Part shown: positions 21,925 to 31,951 of the stretch, piece by piece | Position numbering within the stretch: the stretch's first letter is position 1 | Layout: each line of letters starts with the position of its first letter | Assembly (NCBI GenBank): GCA_965198115.1 | Contig: OZ240241.1 | Span: forward strand, 544,001 to 608,000 | Length of the DNA: 64,000 nucleotides | Reading direction: 5' to 3' | DNA from: Candidatus Latescibacterota bacterium | Lineage (GTDB): Bacteria; Latescibacterota; UBA2968 | Program-made: the position numbers and the translations under genes | Notes under the pieces: model-generated | Told to the model about the DNA's origin: nothing | Seen by the model: the letters and a program-made list of their open reading frames with translations, nothing else | Database searches by the model: none

Positions 21925-23748
21925 TTATGGGGCCGTTCCCGTCGCGTCCCGGACCTCTTCGATGCCTCCGAGCGCACGCAAGTCCTTGAACAGGCTATCG
22001 TAGGCCACCTGACCGGGAACGGAGACGACGAACCGGTCACCCACCTGACCGTCCCGGGTGCTGACGCGACCTTCGAGGATCGATATATCGAGCCCCGAGA
22101 CGATTCGGGTGACGTCCAGGAGGAATCCATCGCGGTCTGAGCCGAGGATCTCGATCACGATCGTACGAGGCCAGTCGGCTTCGGCGAGACGGTCGCGTAG
22201 ATGCCGCCGAATTTGTGTCCGGGCCTTGCGGCTCTTCACGAAATCGAGCCATTGAGCTTCGGGCCTGACGTCATCGGACGGGATGACCTCGACGCGGCTG
22301 CCCGTTTGAAGCAGGCTGTGGAGGGGCGCCGAGCGGCCGTCGACTCGCGCCGCCGCGCACCGGAGCCCCAGGTCGGAGTGGATGGCGAAGGCGAAGTCGA
22401 TGGGGGTCGCGTCGCGCGGCAGCTGAACGGGATCGCCATCGGGCGTGAGCACGTAGATCTCGTCGGGAAACAGGTCGATCTTGAGGTCTTCCATGAACTC
22501 GAGGGGATCGGTCGTTTCGCGTTCCCACTCGAGCATCCCTCGAAGCCAGGGCATGTGCTGGTCGAGCTCGGTCGGCTTGTCGCCCCCTTCCTTGTAGCGC
22601 CAGTGTGCGGCGATGCCGACTTCGGACGTTTGGTGCATATCCCAGGTTCTGATTTGAACCTCGACCATGATGTTTTGCGGGCTGATGATGGTCGTGTGCA
22701 GTGACTGATACCTGTTGGCTTTGGGTGTGGCGATGAAGTCCTTGAATCGGGCCATGACGGGTCGGAAAACAGAGTGGACGATGCCCATAACGGTGTAGCA
22801 CTCCTGCACTGACCCGACGATGATGCGCAGGGCCATGAGATCGTAGATTTCCTCGAATCCGATCTGCCTGCGCAGCATTTTTTTGTGAATGCTGTAGAAG
22901 TTTTTGGGTCTCCCCGCGATGCTGGTTTCGATGCCGGTGGCGTTGACGGCTTCCAGGATGGGCTCTCGAACCTCTTCGAGGAAGGCCTCGCGCTCCTGTC
23001 TTTTGAGCAGAATCCTGTCACGAATGTCGGCGTAGGCTTCGGGTTCCAGCCACTTGAGACTAAGATCCTCCATTTCCCACCGGATACGGGCGATACCGAG
23101 CCGGTGGGCGAGTGGCGCGTAGATGTCCCGACTTTCGAGCGCCATTCGCTGTTGCGTTTCGTCGTCGAGCTCTTCGAGGTGGCGCAAGTTGTGGAGCCGA
23201 TCCGCGAACTTGATGAGGACGACGCGGAGATCTTCGGCGAGGGTGAGGAGCATCGTGCGGAAGTGCTCCGAGCGTGCTTCCTGAGGTGCTCGGAAGATGT
23301 TGTCTTTGATCTTGCCGACGCCCTCAACGAGGGTGGCGATCTCGTCGCCGAATTCCTCACGCAGAGACGGCAGTGGCCGGGTCTTTTCGTCCAGGGCCTC
23401 GTGAAGCAGGCCCGCCGCGACCGTCGTCGATCCTATGTTCATGTCGATGAGAATCCGAGCGACCGCGAGCGCGTGCTCGATGAGCGGCTTGCCGGAACGT
23501 CGGCGTTCGGCGCGATAGGTGCGTTCTGCGAAGTGGTAGGCGTCGGAGAGTAGAACGAGGTTGTGCGAGGACCTCACGGCGAGAGCAGCCTCGAGGAGGC
23601 TGTACAGGATGGGGTCACCAGACGCTCGTTTGAGGGCTTTTTCGTTGGCCGCCGCGTCTTGTGCGCTGAACAGCGTCGCTGCTTCGTCGATACTTGGGTA
23701 TGTGGTGAGCTGAGTCAATTCGGGGGCCCGGGCTCCTGGGTGACTCAT
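21925..23748 (-). CDS. RelA/SpoT homologue, (p)ppGpp synthetase with TGS and ACT domains
   Basis: IKFADRLHN, YAPLAHRLG, GRPKNFYSI, KANRYQSLHT, AAHWRYK, TPIDFAFAIH, C-terminal DRDGFLLDV. Confidence 0.92.
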   Translation of the reverse strand: MSHPGARAPELTQLTTYPSIDEAATLFSAQDAAANEKALKRASGDPILYSLLEAALAVRSSHNLVLLSDAYHFAERTYRAERRRSGKPLIEHALAVARILIDMNIGSTTVAAGLLHEALDEKTRPLPSLREEFGDEIATLVEGVGKIKDNIFRAPQEARSEHFRTMLLTLAEDLRVVLIKFADRLHNLRHLEELDDETQQRMALESRDIYAPLAHRLGIARIRWEMEDLSLKWLEPEAYADIRDRILLKRQEREAFLEEVREPILEAVNATGIETSIAGRPKNFYSIHKKMLRRQIGFEEIYDLMALRIIVGSVQECYTVMGIVHSVFRPVMARFKDFIATPKANRYQSLHTTIISPQNIMVEVQIRTWDMHQTSEVGIAAHWRYKEGGDKPTELDQHMPWLRGMLEWERETTDPLEFMEDLKIDLFPDEIYVLTPDGDPVQLPRDATPIDFAFAIHSDLGLRCAAARVDGRSAPLHSLLQTGSRVEVIPSDDVRPEAQWLDFVKSRKARTQIRRHLRDRLAEADWPRTIVIEILGSDRDGFLLDVTRIVSGLDISILEGRVSTRDGQVGDRFVVSVPGQVAYDSLFKDLRALGGIEEVRDATGTAP

Positions 23749-23774
23749 TAAATATACCAACGGAGGGTGCTTTG

Positions 23775-23966
23775 GACCACGAAAGACGGAAAAACTGGAG
23801 ACCACGAAAGACGAAACTTGGGACCACGGAACACACGGAACACACGGAACACACGGAACACACGGAAGGGGGGTGGCTCAGGACATCGGGGCCCTATTCG
23901 GGGAGAGGCTCGAGGTAGCCGGGGGCGGGGAAAAACGAACCACGAAATACACGAAAAACACGAAAG
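23775..23966 (+). repeat. composite repeat: GACCACGAAAGACG x2, 9-bp tandem (CACGGAACA) ~4.8x, GCCCTATTCGGGG core, CACGAAATACACGAAAAACACGAAA
   Basis: Read directly; tandem at 23825-23867, core at 23891-23916. Confidence 0.85.
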
Positions 23967-24035
23967 AGGATGGCTCGGCACATCCAGACCCTACCCGGGG
24001 AGAGGCTCCCTCAGCTCCCCTGCACCCTTTGCCAA

Positions 24036-25079
24036 TCAGTCTCGGCGGCGTTCGGCGGTTTGGCGGCGGCGGCGGGCGAGTTCGCGCATGTCTTCGACCT
24101 GGTCGAGCTCGTCGACGATTTCTTTGCCCAGGATTTCTTCGAGCACGTCTTCGAGGGTCAAGACGCCGGCGAGGCCGCTGTATTCGTCGATGACGATGAA
24201 CAGGTGCTGGCGCTGTTCGAGGAAAGCGTCGAGGATGCCGTCCAGAGCAGAGGACTCGACGACGAAATGAACCGGCCGCATGAGGGTTGAAAGGGTGACA
24301 TCTTCGCGATCCTGGGCGAGTGCGGCGAGTATGTCGCGGCGCATGACGATGCCCACGATGTCTTCGAAGTCTTCTGCATAGACCGGAATGCGGCTGTGGG
24401 CCCACGTTCCGCTCTGGCCTCGCGCTTCACCGACCGTCATGTCCTCGGCCAACGCGAAAACGACCGTCCGCGGGGTCATGATTTCCCGGGCGGTCTTCGA
24501 CTTCAACGACAGGATGTTTTGGATGACACGGGCCTCGTCGGCCTCGATGCCGCCCGTGCGGGCTCCGAGTCTGGCCAAGGAGAGAATGTCGTCACTCGAG
24601 ACGTCGTTCTGGTCATCCTTGCGTGGGACGATTCGGGTGGCCAGGCGGCACAACCCGATCAGCGGCGCGAAAACCCAGACGAGGATCTGTAGGGGACGCG
24701 CGATCCAGACATTGAGGGGCCGACTGAAGACTGCGCCGACAGTCTTGGGTATGACTTCGGAAAAGAATAGGACCGACAGGGTCAAGCACCCCTGGAAAAA
24801 AGCGCTGAGGTCCTCTCCCTCGTCTCCCAGCCACCGGAGGAACGCGGCGCCGGCAAAGGCGGCCCCTCCCGTGTTGGCGATGGTGTTGAGCGAGAGGATC
24901 GCGGAGAGGGGGCGATCGACGTTCTGACGCAATCTGCGGAAGATCTGGCCGGACCGATTTCCTTCCTGGGCCAGCTTTTCGATGTGGCTCAGAGGAGCCG
25001 ACAACAGGACGGCCTCGAACAGAGAGCAGGTTGCCGAAACGAAGATCACGGCGGCGACTGAGATCGCGAGTTCGGTTAT
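24036..25079 (-). CDS. CNNM/DUF21 + CBS domain protein (hemolysin/CorC-like)
   Basis: SAILSLNTIANT, FSEVIPK, IMTPR, HSRIPVY, DEYSG...TLEDVLEEILG; start either GTG 25049 or ATA 25079. Confidence 0.9.
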   Translation of the reverse strand: MTELAISVAAVIFVSATCSLFEAVLLSAPLSHIEKLAQEGNRSGQIFRRLRQNVDRPLSAILSLNTIANTGGAAFAGAAFLRWLGDEGEDLSAFFQGCLTLSVLFFSEVIPKTVGAVFSRPLNVWIARPLQILVWVFAPLIGLCRLATRIVPRKDDQNDVSSDDILSLARLGARTGGIEADEARVIQNILSLKSKTAREIMTPRTVVFALAEDMTVGEARGQSGTWAHSRIPVYAEDFEDIVGIVMRRDILAALAQDREDVTLSTLMRPVHFVVESSALDGILDAFLEQRQHLFIVIDEYSGLAGVLTLEDVLEEILGKEIVDELDQVEDMRELARRRRQTAERRRD

Positions 25080-25191
25080 TCTGGGAGGCCTCAGGTTGGC
25101 TTTGGCGCGGGGCGTGTCGGGGTCCTAATAGCCCGACGGGGGACCTGGAGGGTCAAGGGAATTCGCCGGACCGGAGATTCCCGGTTTTCGC

Positions 25192-25220
25192 TTGCCCGCC
25201 CCCGTTCGAGACCCTACATT
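25192..25220 (+). promoter_or_regulatory. putative sigma70 promoter
   Basis: TTGCCC-17 bp-TACATT upstream of the HTH gene. Confidence 0.4.
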
Positions 25221-25289
25221 ACGGTCGTCAAGCGGGCCGGAGCGAGGTGGTTTCGGACACCCTCCGGCCCTCTAACATTATAGAAAACA

Positions 25290-25661
25290 ATGAATAAAGT
25301 CAGATACGATACGGTCAGAGAGGTCTCCTACGCGCCAGAACGGCTGGTGATGCTCTCCGACACCCTCCAGAGCACGGATCATCTCTGCCATCTGAGCCAG
25401 ATGATCAGCACGGGCCCCGATCCGATCCGTCTGTCGCAGGTGAAGGACGTGATCGAAACCGTCATCCAAGGACGCAAGTACGAGGTCCTTCTGCTCCGCG
25501 CTCAGGGCAAGACGTTCGCGGAGATTGCCCTCCTCCTGTCGATTTCGAAGAGTGCGGTACAGAGCCACCACCGGCAGGCGGTGAAGCGCGTTCGCCTCGC
25601 GTTGGGGGTCGATCGCCCTGCATCACCCGCTTCGCCCGTTGCATCCGTCGCTGCCACCTGA
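25290..25661 (+). CDS. small HTH protein (sigma-70 region 4 / LuxR-like)
   Basis: EVLLLRAQGKTFAEIALLLSISKSAVQSHHRQAVKRVR. Confidence 0.75.
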   Translation: MNKVRYDTVREVSYAPERLVMLSDTLQSTDHLCHLSQMISTGPDPIRLSQVKDVIETVIQGRKYEVLLLRAQGKTFAEIALLLSISKSAVQSHHRQAVKRVRLALGVDRPASPASPVASVAAT

Positions 25662-25683
25662 TCTGAGGATCGTTGCAGAGACC

Positions 25684-25709
25684 GCCGGAGCGTCCGCTCC
25701 GGCTTTTTT
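25684..25709 (+). terminator. rho-independent terminator
   Basis: GCCGGAGC-GTCC-GCTCCGGC-TTTTTT. Confidence 0.85.
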
Positions 25710-25800
25710 GTGTACATTTCGCTTTATGCAGTGTGCCCCGGGGCGTATGTTTGGGCCCCATCGCCCTGCATTCACTCAAACAGTCAACCAGGAGCCCGAC

Positions 25801-26202
25801 ATGCCGGATTTCCTGCACACTCGTGTTCGTGTTAGCGATCTGGACACCTCGATTGCCTACTATTGCGACCATCTCGGATTCAAGGTTAAGAGTCGATCGG
25901 ACAAGTCTCCGGCGGGGAACCAGATCTGTCATCTCGAATTGCCCGGAAACCCTCACACGCTTGAACTGACGTATTCGGCCGATTACCAGATGAACGTGCC
26001 CGAAGATTTGATGCATTTTGCGATCGGCGTTCCCGATCTGATCTCCTTGTGCGACGAGCTGGAGAAGAAGGGGCTCGAGATCTGGCCCGGTGACTGGCGG
26101 GAGACCTTCCCTGAGGGTCGGAAGATGGCCTTCGTCGATGATCCGGATGGTTATGAAATCGAATTGCTGGAACGGCCCGACGCGACACCCGTAGGCGAGT
26201 AA
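25801..26202 (+). CDS. VOC family protein / lactoylglutathione lyase-like
   Basis: FLHTRVRVSDLDTSIAYY, LELTY, HFAIGV, AFVDDPDGYEIEL; GGAG RBS before ATG 25801. Confidence 0.88.
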   Translation: MPDFLHTRVRVSDLDTSIAYYCDHLGFKVKSRSDKSPAGNQICHLELPGNPHTLELTYSADYQMNVPEDLMHFAIGVPDLISLCDELEKKGLEIWPGDWRETFPEGRKMAFVDDPDGYEIELLERPDATPVGE

Positions 26203-26210
26203 CCCGCGGG

Positions 26211-26630
26211 ATGGCTCTTCGGGACATTCGAATAGATTCTGTGGAGCTCGTCGAGGATGACGAGCTGATCGCAGACTTCCGTTCGGCCTGCCCTTGGCTC
26301 GAGGATTTCACAGGAGGAGGTGTTGCGCTGCGCGCGTTCCATCGTGACACATCCGTCGGCGTTTGCGCGTGGCGTGAGGATGAGTTCGTGGCCTCCTTTG
26401 GTCCGATCTACGTGCGACCCGACCGACGGCGGTTCGGGGTAGGCGGTACGCTCCTGGATGTCGCGCTGTCCTGGATGAGGAAACGGGGCATCCGTCAGAT
26501 TGATGCCCGTTTTGCGACGGGAGATTCCGCTGCCGAGAGACTCTTCGTGTCCCGTGGGTTTCGCTCGCTCGGTGAGGAGCGAGATCCGACCAGCGCAGTG
26601 ACGTGGGTGGAAAAGACGATCAAGAGTTGA
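26211..26630 (+). CDS. GNAT family acetyltransferase
   Basis: VRPDRRRFGVGGTLL, AERLFVSRGF. Confidence 0.75.
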   Translation: MALRDIRIDSVELVEDDELIADFRSACPWLEDFTGGGVALRAFHRDTSVGVCAWREDEFVASFGPIYVRPDRRRFGVGGTLLDVALSWMRKRGIRQIDARFATGDSAAERLFVSRGFRSLGEERDPTSAVTWVEKTIKS

Positions 26631-26632
26631 CG

Positions 26633-27907
26633 ATGGCTCGATTCGATGATCTGATGCTCGATACGCAGGCCTGGGGAACGTGGCACCCCCCGGCCGCCAC
26701 GGAGCCGGTCTTCCAGATCGATGGAGAGGGAGGACCCGACGCACGACCCGGCCTGGTCATCGAAGCAACAGGAGCGAACAACGCGTGCGGATGCTGGCGT
26801 CTGCCTCTCAGGTTCGAGTCGACTCGGTTTTATTGGGTGGAGGTGGTCTTTCGAACCGAGGGAATGGCCGCCCCGCAGAAGTCGGTCCGCGCAATCCTGA
26901 CCACACCAGATGAAGGCGGCGACTCGTTCTATGACCAGCTCAATCCGGGGGGGGATCGGGATGGCTGGTCAGTTCTTCATCGAGACTTGGATGGATCGAC
27001 GGTCCCCGACACGTTGACGCTCAACCTCTTTCTGGCCTACCCCCGCGCAGGGCACGTCGTCTGGTCCGAAGCCCGCTGTTACGAGTTCAACTCGAGGCCC
27101 TCACGAAAGGTTCGGGTGGCAGCCGTCTCGGGCAATCCGCCAGAAGACGGGAGCCCATCGGACTCGGCGGATTTCTATTGCGAGCGATTGGATGGGTTGG
27201 CCGAGGGGGATCGCCCGGACATTGTCGTTCTACCGGAATTGATCAACGTGATGGGGTTGCGTGATGCAGTCGGCTTTGCAGAGCCGATTCCTGGACCGAC
27301 GTCGTTGAGGCTCGCGGAGCGTGCCCGAATGCACGGGTTCTGGATTGCTGCCAGCCTCCAGGAAACCTACTCGGGAGCCGTGTGGAACACGGGGGTTTTG
27401 ATCGATCGCCACGGCGGGTTCGTCGGCAAGTATCGAAAGACCCACCCGACCCTCAGCGAGAGTCTCCTGAACGGGACTGTACCGGGCGACGACTATCCCG
27501 TGTTCCAAACAGAGTTCGGAACAGTCGGCTATCTAATCTGTTACGACAACCACTACCCTGAGGTCGCGCGGTGTCTGTCGCTCAAAGGCGCTGAGCTTCT
27601 GTTGTTCTCGAACGCGGGCGATGGCCGGGAGGAGGGAGATCTCTGGGAGGCCTACGTGCGCACCCGAGCCCTCGACAACCAGGTTCACATCGCCGCAGCT
27701 GTCAACAATGCTTCGCAGTCGATGATCGTCAGCCCGAGAGGCGAGATTCTGGAGCGCGCGGATGGGTCGCCGGGGGGTACCGCCTTGGCCGAGTGCGATT
27801 TGGACGTTACGGTGCGCGATTCCACCGGGCGCCCGCTGTCGCGACGGTATGATGTTTTGCGCAGGTCAGATACGTTCGGGGCTCTGGTTGAGTCGATCTT
27901 CGATTAA
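26633..27907 (+). CDS. carbon-nitrogen hydrolase (nitrilase superfamily) with N-terminal extension
   Basis: Catalytic triad motifs VVLPE, YRKTH, ICYD. Confidence 0.88.
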   Translation: MARFDDLMLDTQAWGTWHPPAATEPVFQIDGEGGPDARPGLVIEATGANNACGCWRLPLRFESTRFYWVEVVFRTEGMAAPQKSVRAILTTPDEGGDSFYDQLNPGGDRDGWSVLHRDLDGSTVPDTLTLNLFLAYPRAGHVVWSEARCYEFNSRPSRKVRVAAVSGNPPEDGSPSDSADFYCERLDGLAEGDRPDIVVLPELINVMGLRDAVGFAEPIPGPTSLRLAERARMHGFWIAASLQETYSGAVWNTGVLIDRHGGFVGKYRKTHPTLSESLLNGTVPGDDYPVFQTEFGTVGYLICYDNHYPEVARCLSLKGAELLLFSNAGDGREEGDLWEAYVRTRALDNQVHIAAAVNNASQSMIVSPRGEILERADGSPGGTALAECDLDVTVRDSTGRPLSRRYDVLRRSDTFGALVESIFD

Positions 27908-28027
27908 CCGAAAGACAGCCACTGAGGACACTGAGAACGCGGAGAGTGGGATCAGGCGAAACTTCAAGGCCTGTGGGGGGAAGAGTTGACGATCGATCTG
28001 CGCGGTTGAGTAAGAAACACCGTCTCA

Positions 28028-28068
28028 CTGAGCGGAGCCTGTCCTGAGCGGAGACGAAGGGTCGAAGT
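28028..28068. repeat. nested copy of CCTG(T/C)CCTGAGCG..G.CGAAGGG short dispersed repeat
   Basis: 28038-28061 matches the reverse complement of 42176-42199 at 21/24; degenerate copies at 35083-35106 and 47026-47045. Confidence 0.65.
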
Positions 28069-29029
28069 GTTGGTGATCGGAAAGGACAGCCACGTAACCT
28101 CCAAGAGGCCGGTGAAACGTGTCGGCTTCGCCGTCACGCTCTTCCTGATCCTTGGAGTTGCTTATTGGTGGCTGAGGCCTGGGCGGTTGGTCGTTCGGAC
28201 GAACCCTGCGAACGCGACGGTGAAGATCGATGGGGAAGCGGTGGGGGAGACCACGGAGGATGGGCTCGACCTGCGGGTCTCTCGTGGCAGGCACGTGCTT
28301 CGGCTGGAGCGGGAAGGGTCCGAGCCGGTCGAGGTCGAGATCGTCATTGTGGGCGAGTCGATCACGATCGAGCGAACCCTGGCCCCTTCGGGGATGGTTT
28401 TCATCGAGGGCGGATCGTTTACGATGGGTGATGACGACGGCCCCTTCAATGAACGCCCTGCCCATCGCGTTACGCTTCGGTCTTTTTTCATCGACCACAC
28501 CGAGGTGACCATCGGGGTGTTTCGAGCGCATCGAGCGTCCTACGCAGCTCCTTTTGCGGGCGATCGGATGCCCGCGACGAACGTGAGCTGGCACGAGGCG
28601 GTCGCCTTTTGTGAATGGATGGGCAAGCGCCTTCCGACCGAAGCGGAGTGGGAGCGTGCTTGTCGGGGAAACACCGATGCCGCCTACGGTCACGCGGCCA
28701 GTTTCGATACCGACCGTGCGCGGGTGGGGCAGGCGCTGGACGCCGGTCCCGTCGCCGTCGGGAACTACGGGGCGAGCACGGAGGGGGTGTTCGATCTAAC
28801 CGGTAACGTGTGGGAGTGGTGTGCGGATTGGTACGATCGAAACGCCTACCGTCACGGCGACCGAGACAATCCGTCTGGCTCTACGACGGGATCTCGCCGG
28901 GTTCTACGCGGTGGGGCGTGGTACAGCAACGAACGTTTCGCACGGTGTACGCACAGGCCCGGCAACTTCCGAGCCGTGAGGGACCCGAGCTTCGGGTTTC
29001 GATGCGTGAAGGACGTCATTTTGGAATAA
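28067..29029 (+). CDS. PEGA domain + formylglycine-generating enzyme (SUMF1) family protein; start uncertain
   Basis: TM helix, PEGA-like VRTNPANATVKIDG, RLPTEAEWERACRG, GNVWEWC, RVLRGGAW, GFRC. Confidence 0.88.
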   Translation: MLVIGKDSHVTSKRPVKRVGFAVTLFLILGVAYWWLRPGRLVVRTNPANATVKIDGEAVGETTEDGLDLRVSRGRHVLRLEREGSEPVEVEIVIVGESITIERTLAPSGMVFIEGGSFTMGDDDGPFNERPAHRVTLRSFFIDHTEVTIGVFRAHRASYAAPFAGDRMPATNVSWHEAVAFCEWMGKRLPTEAEWERACRGNTDAAYGHAASFDTDRARVGQALDAGPVAVGNYGASTEGVFDLTGNVWEWCADWYDRNAYRHGDRDNPSGSTTGSRRVLRGGAWYSNERFARCTHRPGNFRAVRDPSFGFRCVKDVILE

Positions 29030-29043
29030 CGTGAGAGAATTCC

Positions 29044-29406
29044 ATGGCCAAACTGCTCGTGGTTGACGACAACGAGAGCATCTGCCAGCTCATCGATGAT
29101 TTTTTTCACGACCTGAAGGGTCACGAAGTGATCTCGACCCAGAAGGCCGAGGAAGCTGTCGAGTTGACGCGGGAACACAAGCCTGACCTGGCACTGCTCG
29201 ACATCATGATGCCCGGGATGCACGGCGTTCAGCTCCTCCGCCTGCTCAAACAGGTCGACCCCACGTTGAAGGCGATCATGATCACCGCTGTCGAAGATGA
29301 GGAGATCGCGCGCGAAGCCATGAAAGAAGGCGCCGCGGACTATGTGACGAAACCGCTCGACCTCAACTATCTGGATGCACAGGTTACGTTTAATTTGGCG
29401 TTGTAG
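29044..29406 (+). CDS. single-domain response regulator
   Basis: VVDD, LLDIMMP, YVTKP. Confidence 0.92.
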   Translation: MAKLLVVDDNESICQLIDDFFHDLKGHEVISTQKAEEAVELTREHKPDLALLDIMMPGMHGVQLLRLLKQVDPTLKAIMITAVEDEEIAREAMKEGAADYVTKPLDLNYLDAQVTFNLAL

Positions 29407-30323
29407 ATGATGTAGGCGCGAGAACTTGATTGGGAAGTTGTGGGCACTGGCGGCCCGTAGGGGACATCTGTGGACCGTTTGCCGTGAACCGTTGGCCGGG
29501 AATTGGGAACGGGAACCGAGAACCGGATAATGACGCGATCGTTCAAGCAGGGCGTTTGCTTTGCATTCTGAATTGTTTTCAGTCCGTCCTGAGCCACCCC
29601 TGAACATATGTGAGGGGCCCACTGCCGACCGCCCACCGTCCACTGTCTACCGTCTACCGCTTCTCGGCCTACCTCTCCCCCGCTGTTTTCCAATTCCCGT
29701 ACCACACCGAACTCTCCGGTAGCGACTCTCCGTCGGTCCACGATGGCTGCATTGTCTTGAACTCCGACATTGCCGGCCTTACCACGTCAGCCCACAGGTT
29801 CTCGACGTCGTCGAAGGTGGTCAGACGGTGCGTGGGTTGTGTCTTCGCGTAGTCTGACAGAAGCTCTTTCGCTTTTTCACCCAGCCACTCGATTTCGTCC
29901 CGTACCATCCGTTCGCCGACCTGTCTGTTGGTCTGACGGACCGTTTTGCCCATTGCGAAGTGAGGGCCCGGGTCGTCTTCCGGTGGGAGTCTCGACAGAT
30001 CGACCGATTCGGGCTCGATGGCCCATAAGAGGGACGTCTCGACCTTCCCCGCGTGGTCTCCACCGCTGTTTCCATCCTCGTCGAAGCCGGGCCGATTGGC
30101 TTCGAAATCGGGGAGGCTGTAGAGGCGTGTTCCGACGTGCGGTTGAACGAGCTCGACGAGGGTCTTGAGGTCCTGCCAGTTGGGGCCGTAGTGACCCGTG
30201 ATGAAAAGGGCGGCGTGAAACCCGAGTGCGTCGGCCTGGCGGATGTGGTAGCAGATGTTCTTGAAATGTTGCCAAGGCGGCACGCACGTAAGCCAGGAGC
30301 GTTCGGGTTGGCCGACCGATCGT

Positions 30324-31697
30324 GAGCTCAGGTCAATAGGTGTGTAAAAGAAATCAGGCGGCCATCTTCCCGGTTTCGACCTGCGGTCCGGTTGAGTGTT
30401 TCTGATCGTAGACTTGTTGTAGCAAGTGTGGCGCGGTGAGTTTCCTGAATCGGCTCTCTGCGACCTTGAGCGTACGCCAGATGAGAGTCGTGGCGTTCCT
30501 GACTTTCTTGAATCGCCTGGCGGCGTTTGTGCGAAGCCGAACGGAAGCAAAGGGGCTCTCGACGACGTTCGTGGTTCTCAGGTGTTTCCAGTGTTCCTTC
30601 GGGAAGTCGTAGAACGTGACCATCCGATCCCAGTCTCTTTCGAGCGTCTCCACGGCGGCAGGGAACTGTGAGCGATACCGTGCGGCAAAGCGTTTCCGGA
30701 GCTTCTCGGCCTCCTTTTTCGTGCCGGCATAGGGGATCTGGACGAGCAGTGCGCGGGCTTCAGCCTGTGCACGCTTGGCGACCTTGTCGAGCACGTTGAG
30801 GATCTTGTGGTTCCAGCACCGTTGTTGCCGGCTCTCTGGCCAGACCTGATCAACGGCCGCCCAGATGCCCATATTCCCGTCCGCGGCGATCAGGACAGGA
30901 TGTTCGAGCCCGCGATCCCGGAGATCCCGGAGCACCGTGAGCCAGGATTCTGTAGACTCTCGATAACCGGGTTCTATCGCCAGGATCTCCTTGCTGCCGT
31001 CGCTCATCGCGCCGATCACGACCAGCAGACACGCCTTCTCGCGCTCGAGCCCGGCTTTGACGTAGATGCCATCAGCCCAGGCGTAGACCAGTTCGCGATT
31101 ATCCAGACGCCTTTCTTTCCAGTCCTGGAAGTCGACCTCCCACTTCCCTCGAAGACGAGCGATCGAGGTCGGCGAAAGCGGCGCGCCATCACCGAGCAGC
31201 GCACGCAAAGACAACTCGAAGTCGCCCTGGGAGAGACCGTGGAGATAAAGGTCGGGAAGCAGATCTCCAATGGCCCTGGTTCTCCGGGCGAACAGGGGGA
31301 GGATGCGGCTTTCAAACCGCTCTTCCAGACCACGAACCCGGGGACGCCGGACCTTGATCGTTCCGCAGCTCGTCGAGAGACGCCGGGGCTTGCCGTAGCC
31401 GTTCCTGTAGCCCCTGGAGCTATCAACCTCGGCTCGGCGCTCATACCACGACCGGCCCAAGAACGCGGTCGCCTCCTCCTCCAGAATGGACTGGAACCGG
31501 CCCTGGATCTCTTCACGGATCCAATCGTCAACCGTCTCCCACGTCGGCATGGACTTCAATGGGGCTCTATGCGTATGTTCCTTCACGGCGATCCTCCTTC
31601 CCAACCGGGCCTCTCACCCGGTTTTGTGTGAATCAACTATCTCACGGGAAGGGTAGGGTCGCCCTTTCTCTTTTTCCACACCTTTTGATTATAGCTC
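30324..31697 (-). mobile_element. IS256-family insertion sequence A, copy 1 (1374 bp)
   Basis: IRs GAGCTCAGGTCAATAGGTGTG / GAGCTATAATCAAAAGGTGTG; 8-bp TSD CCGATCGT at 30316-30323 and 31698-31705. Confidence 0.95.
30354..31604 (-). CDS. IS256-family (mutator-type) transposase
   Basis: GYRNGY, WADGIY, ADGNMG, QRCWNHK, RTTNVVES. Confidence 0.93.
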   Translation of the reverse strand: MGRRIAVKEHTHRAPLKSMPTWETVDDWIREEIQGRFQSILEEEATAFLGRSWYERRAEVDSSRGYRNGYGKPRRLSTSCGTIKVRRPRVRGLEERFESRILPLFARRTRAIGDLLPDLYLHGLSQGDFELSLRALLGDGAPLSPTSIARLRGKWEVDFQDWKERRLDNRELVYAWADGIYVKAGLEREKACLLVVIGAMSDGSKEILAIEPGYRESTESWLTVLRDLRDRGLEHPVLIAADGNMGIWAAVDQVWPESRQQRCWNHKILNVLDKVAKRAQAEARALLVQIPYAGTKKEAEKLRKRFAARYRSQFPAAVETLERDWDRMVTFYDFPKEHWKHLRTTNVVESPFASVRLRTNAARRFKKVRNATTLIWRTLKVAESRFRKLTAPHLLQQVYDQKHSTGPQVETGKMAA

Positions 31698-31951
31698 CCG
31701 ATCGTTCAGACCAGAGCGCATAGCCGCCGATTTCGTGGATGTGCCAGTAGTCGGGCGGCGCGACGATGCCGCCGTGAGCGTGGGCGGCTCGGCAGGCGAT
31801 GCCGTGGGCTTTGATCGCGTCGAGTCCCACGGCGTTCTGCGGTCCGTGGGGTTCGCACAGCCCGTAGGTGAACCAGGCGAGGGGACAGTCGGCGAAGGCG
31901 GCTTCCAGTTCGTCGGGGAACATGCGTTCCCATCGGACTTCTCGTCTCATT

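Larger units (their letters stand above)
29669..31950 (-). pseudogene. creatininase-family protein interrupted by an IS256-family element
   Basis: N-part 31950-31698 (GLCEPHGPQNAVGLD) and C-part 30323-29669 (TGHYG, GGDHAGKVETS). Removing the IS and one TSD copy restores a 900-nt frame. Confidence 0.9.

Noticed and set aside
23775-23966. CRISPR array
   Set aside because: Units are 9-14 bp, mostly head-to-tail without regular unique spacers, and no cas genes are in the window
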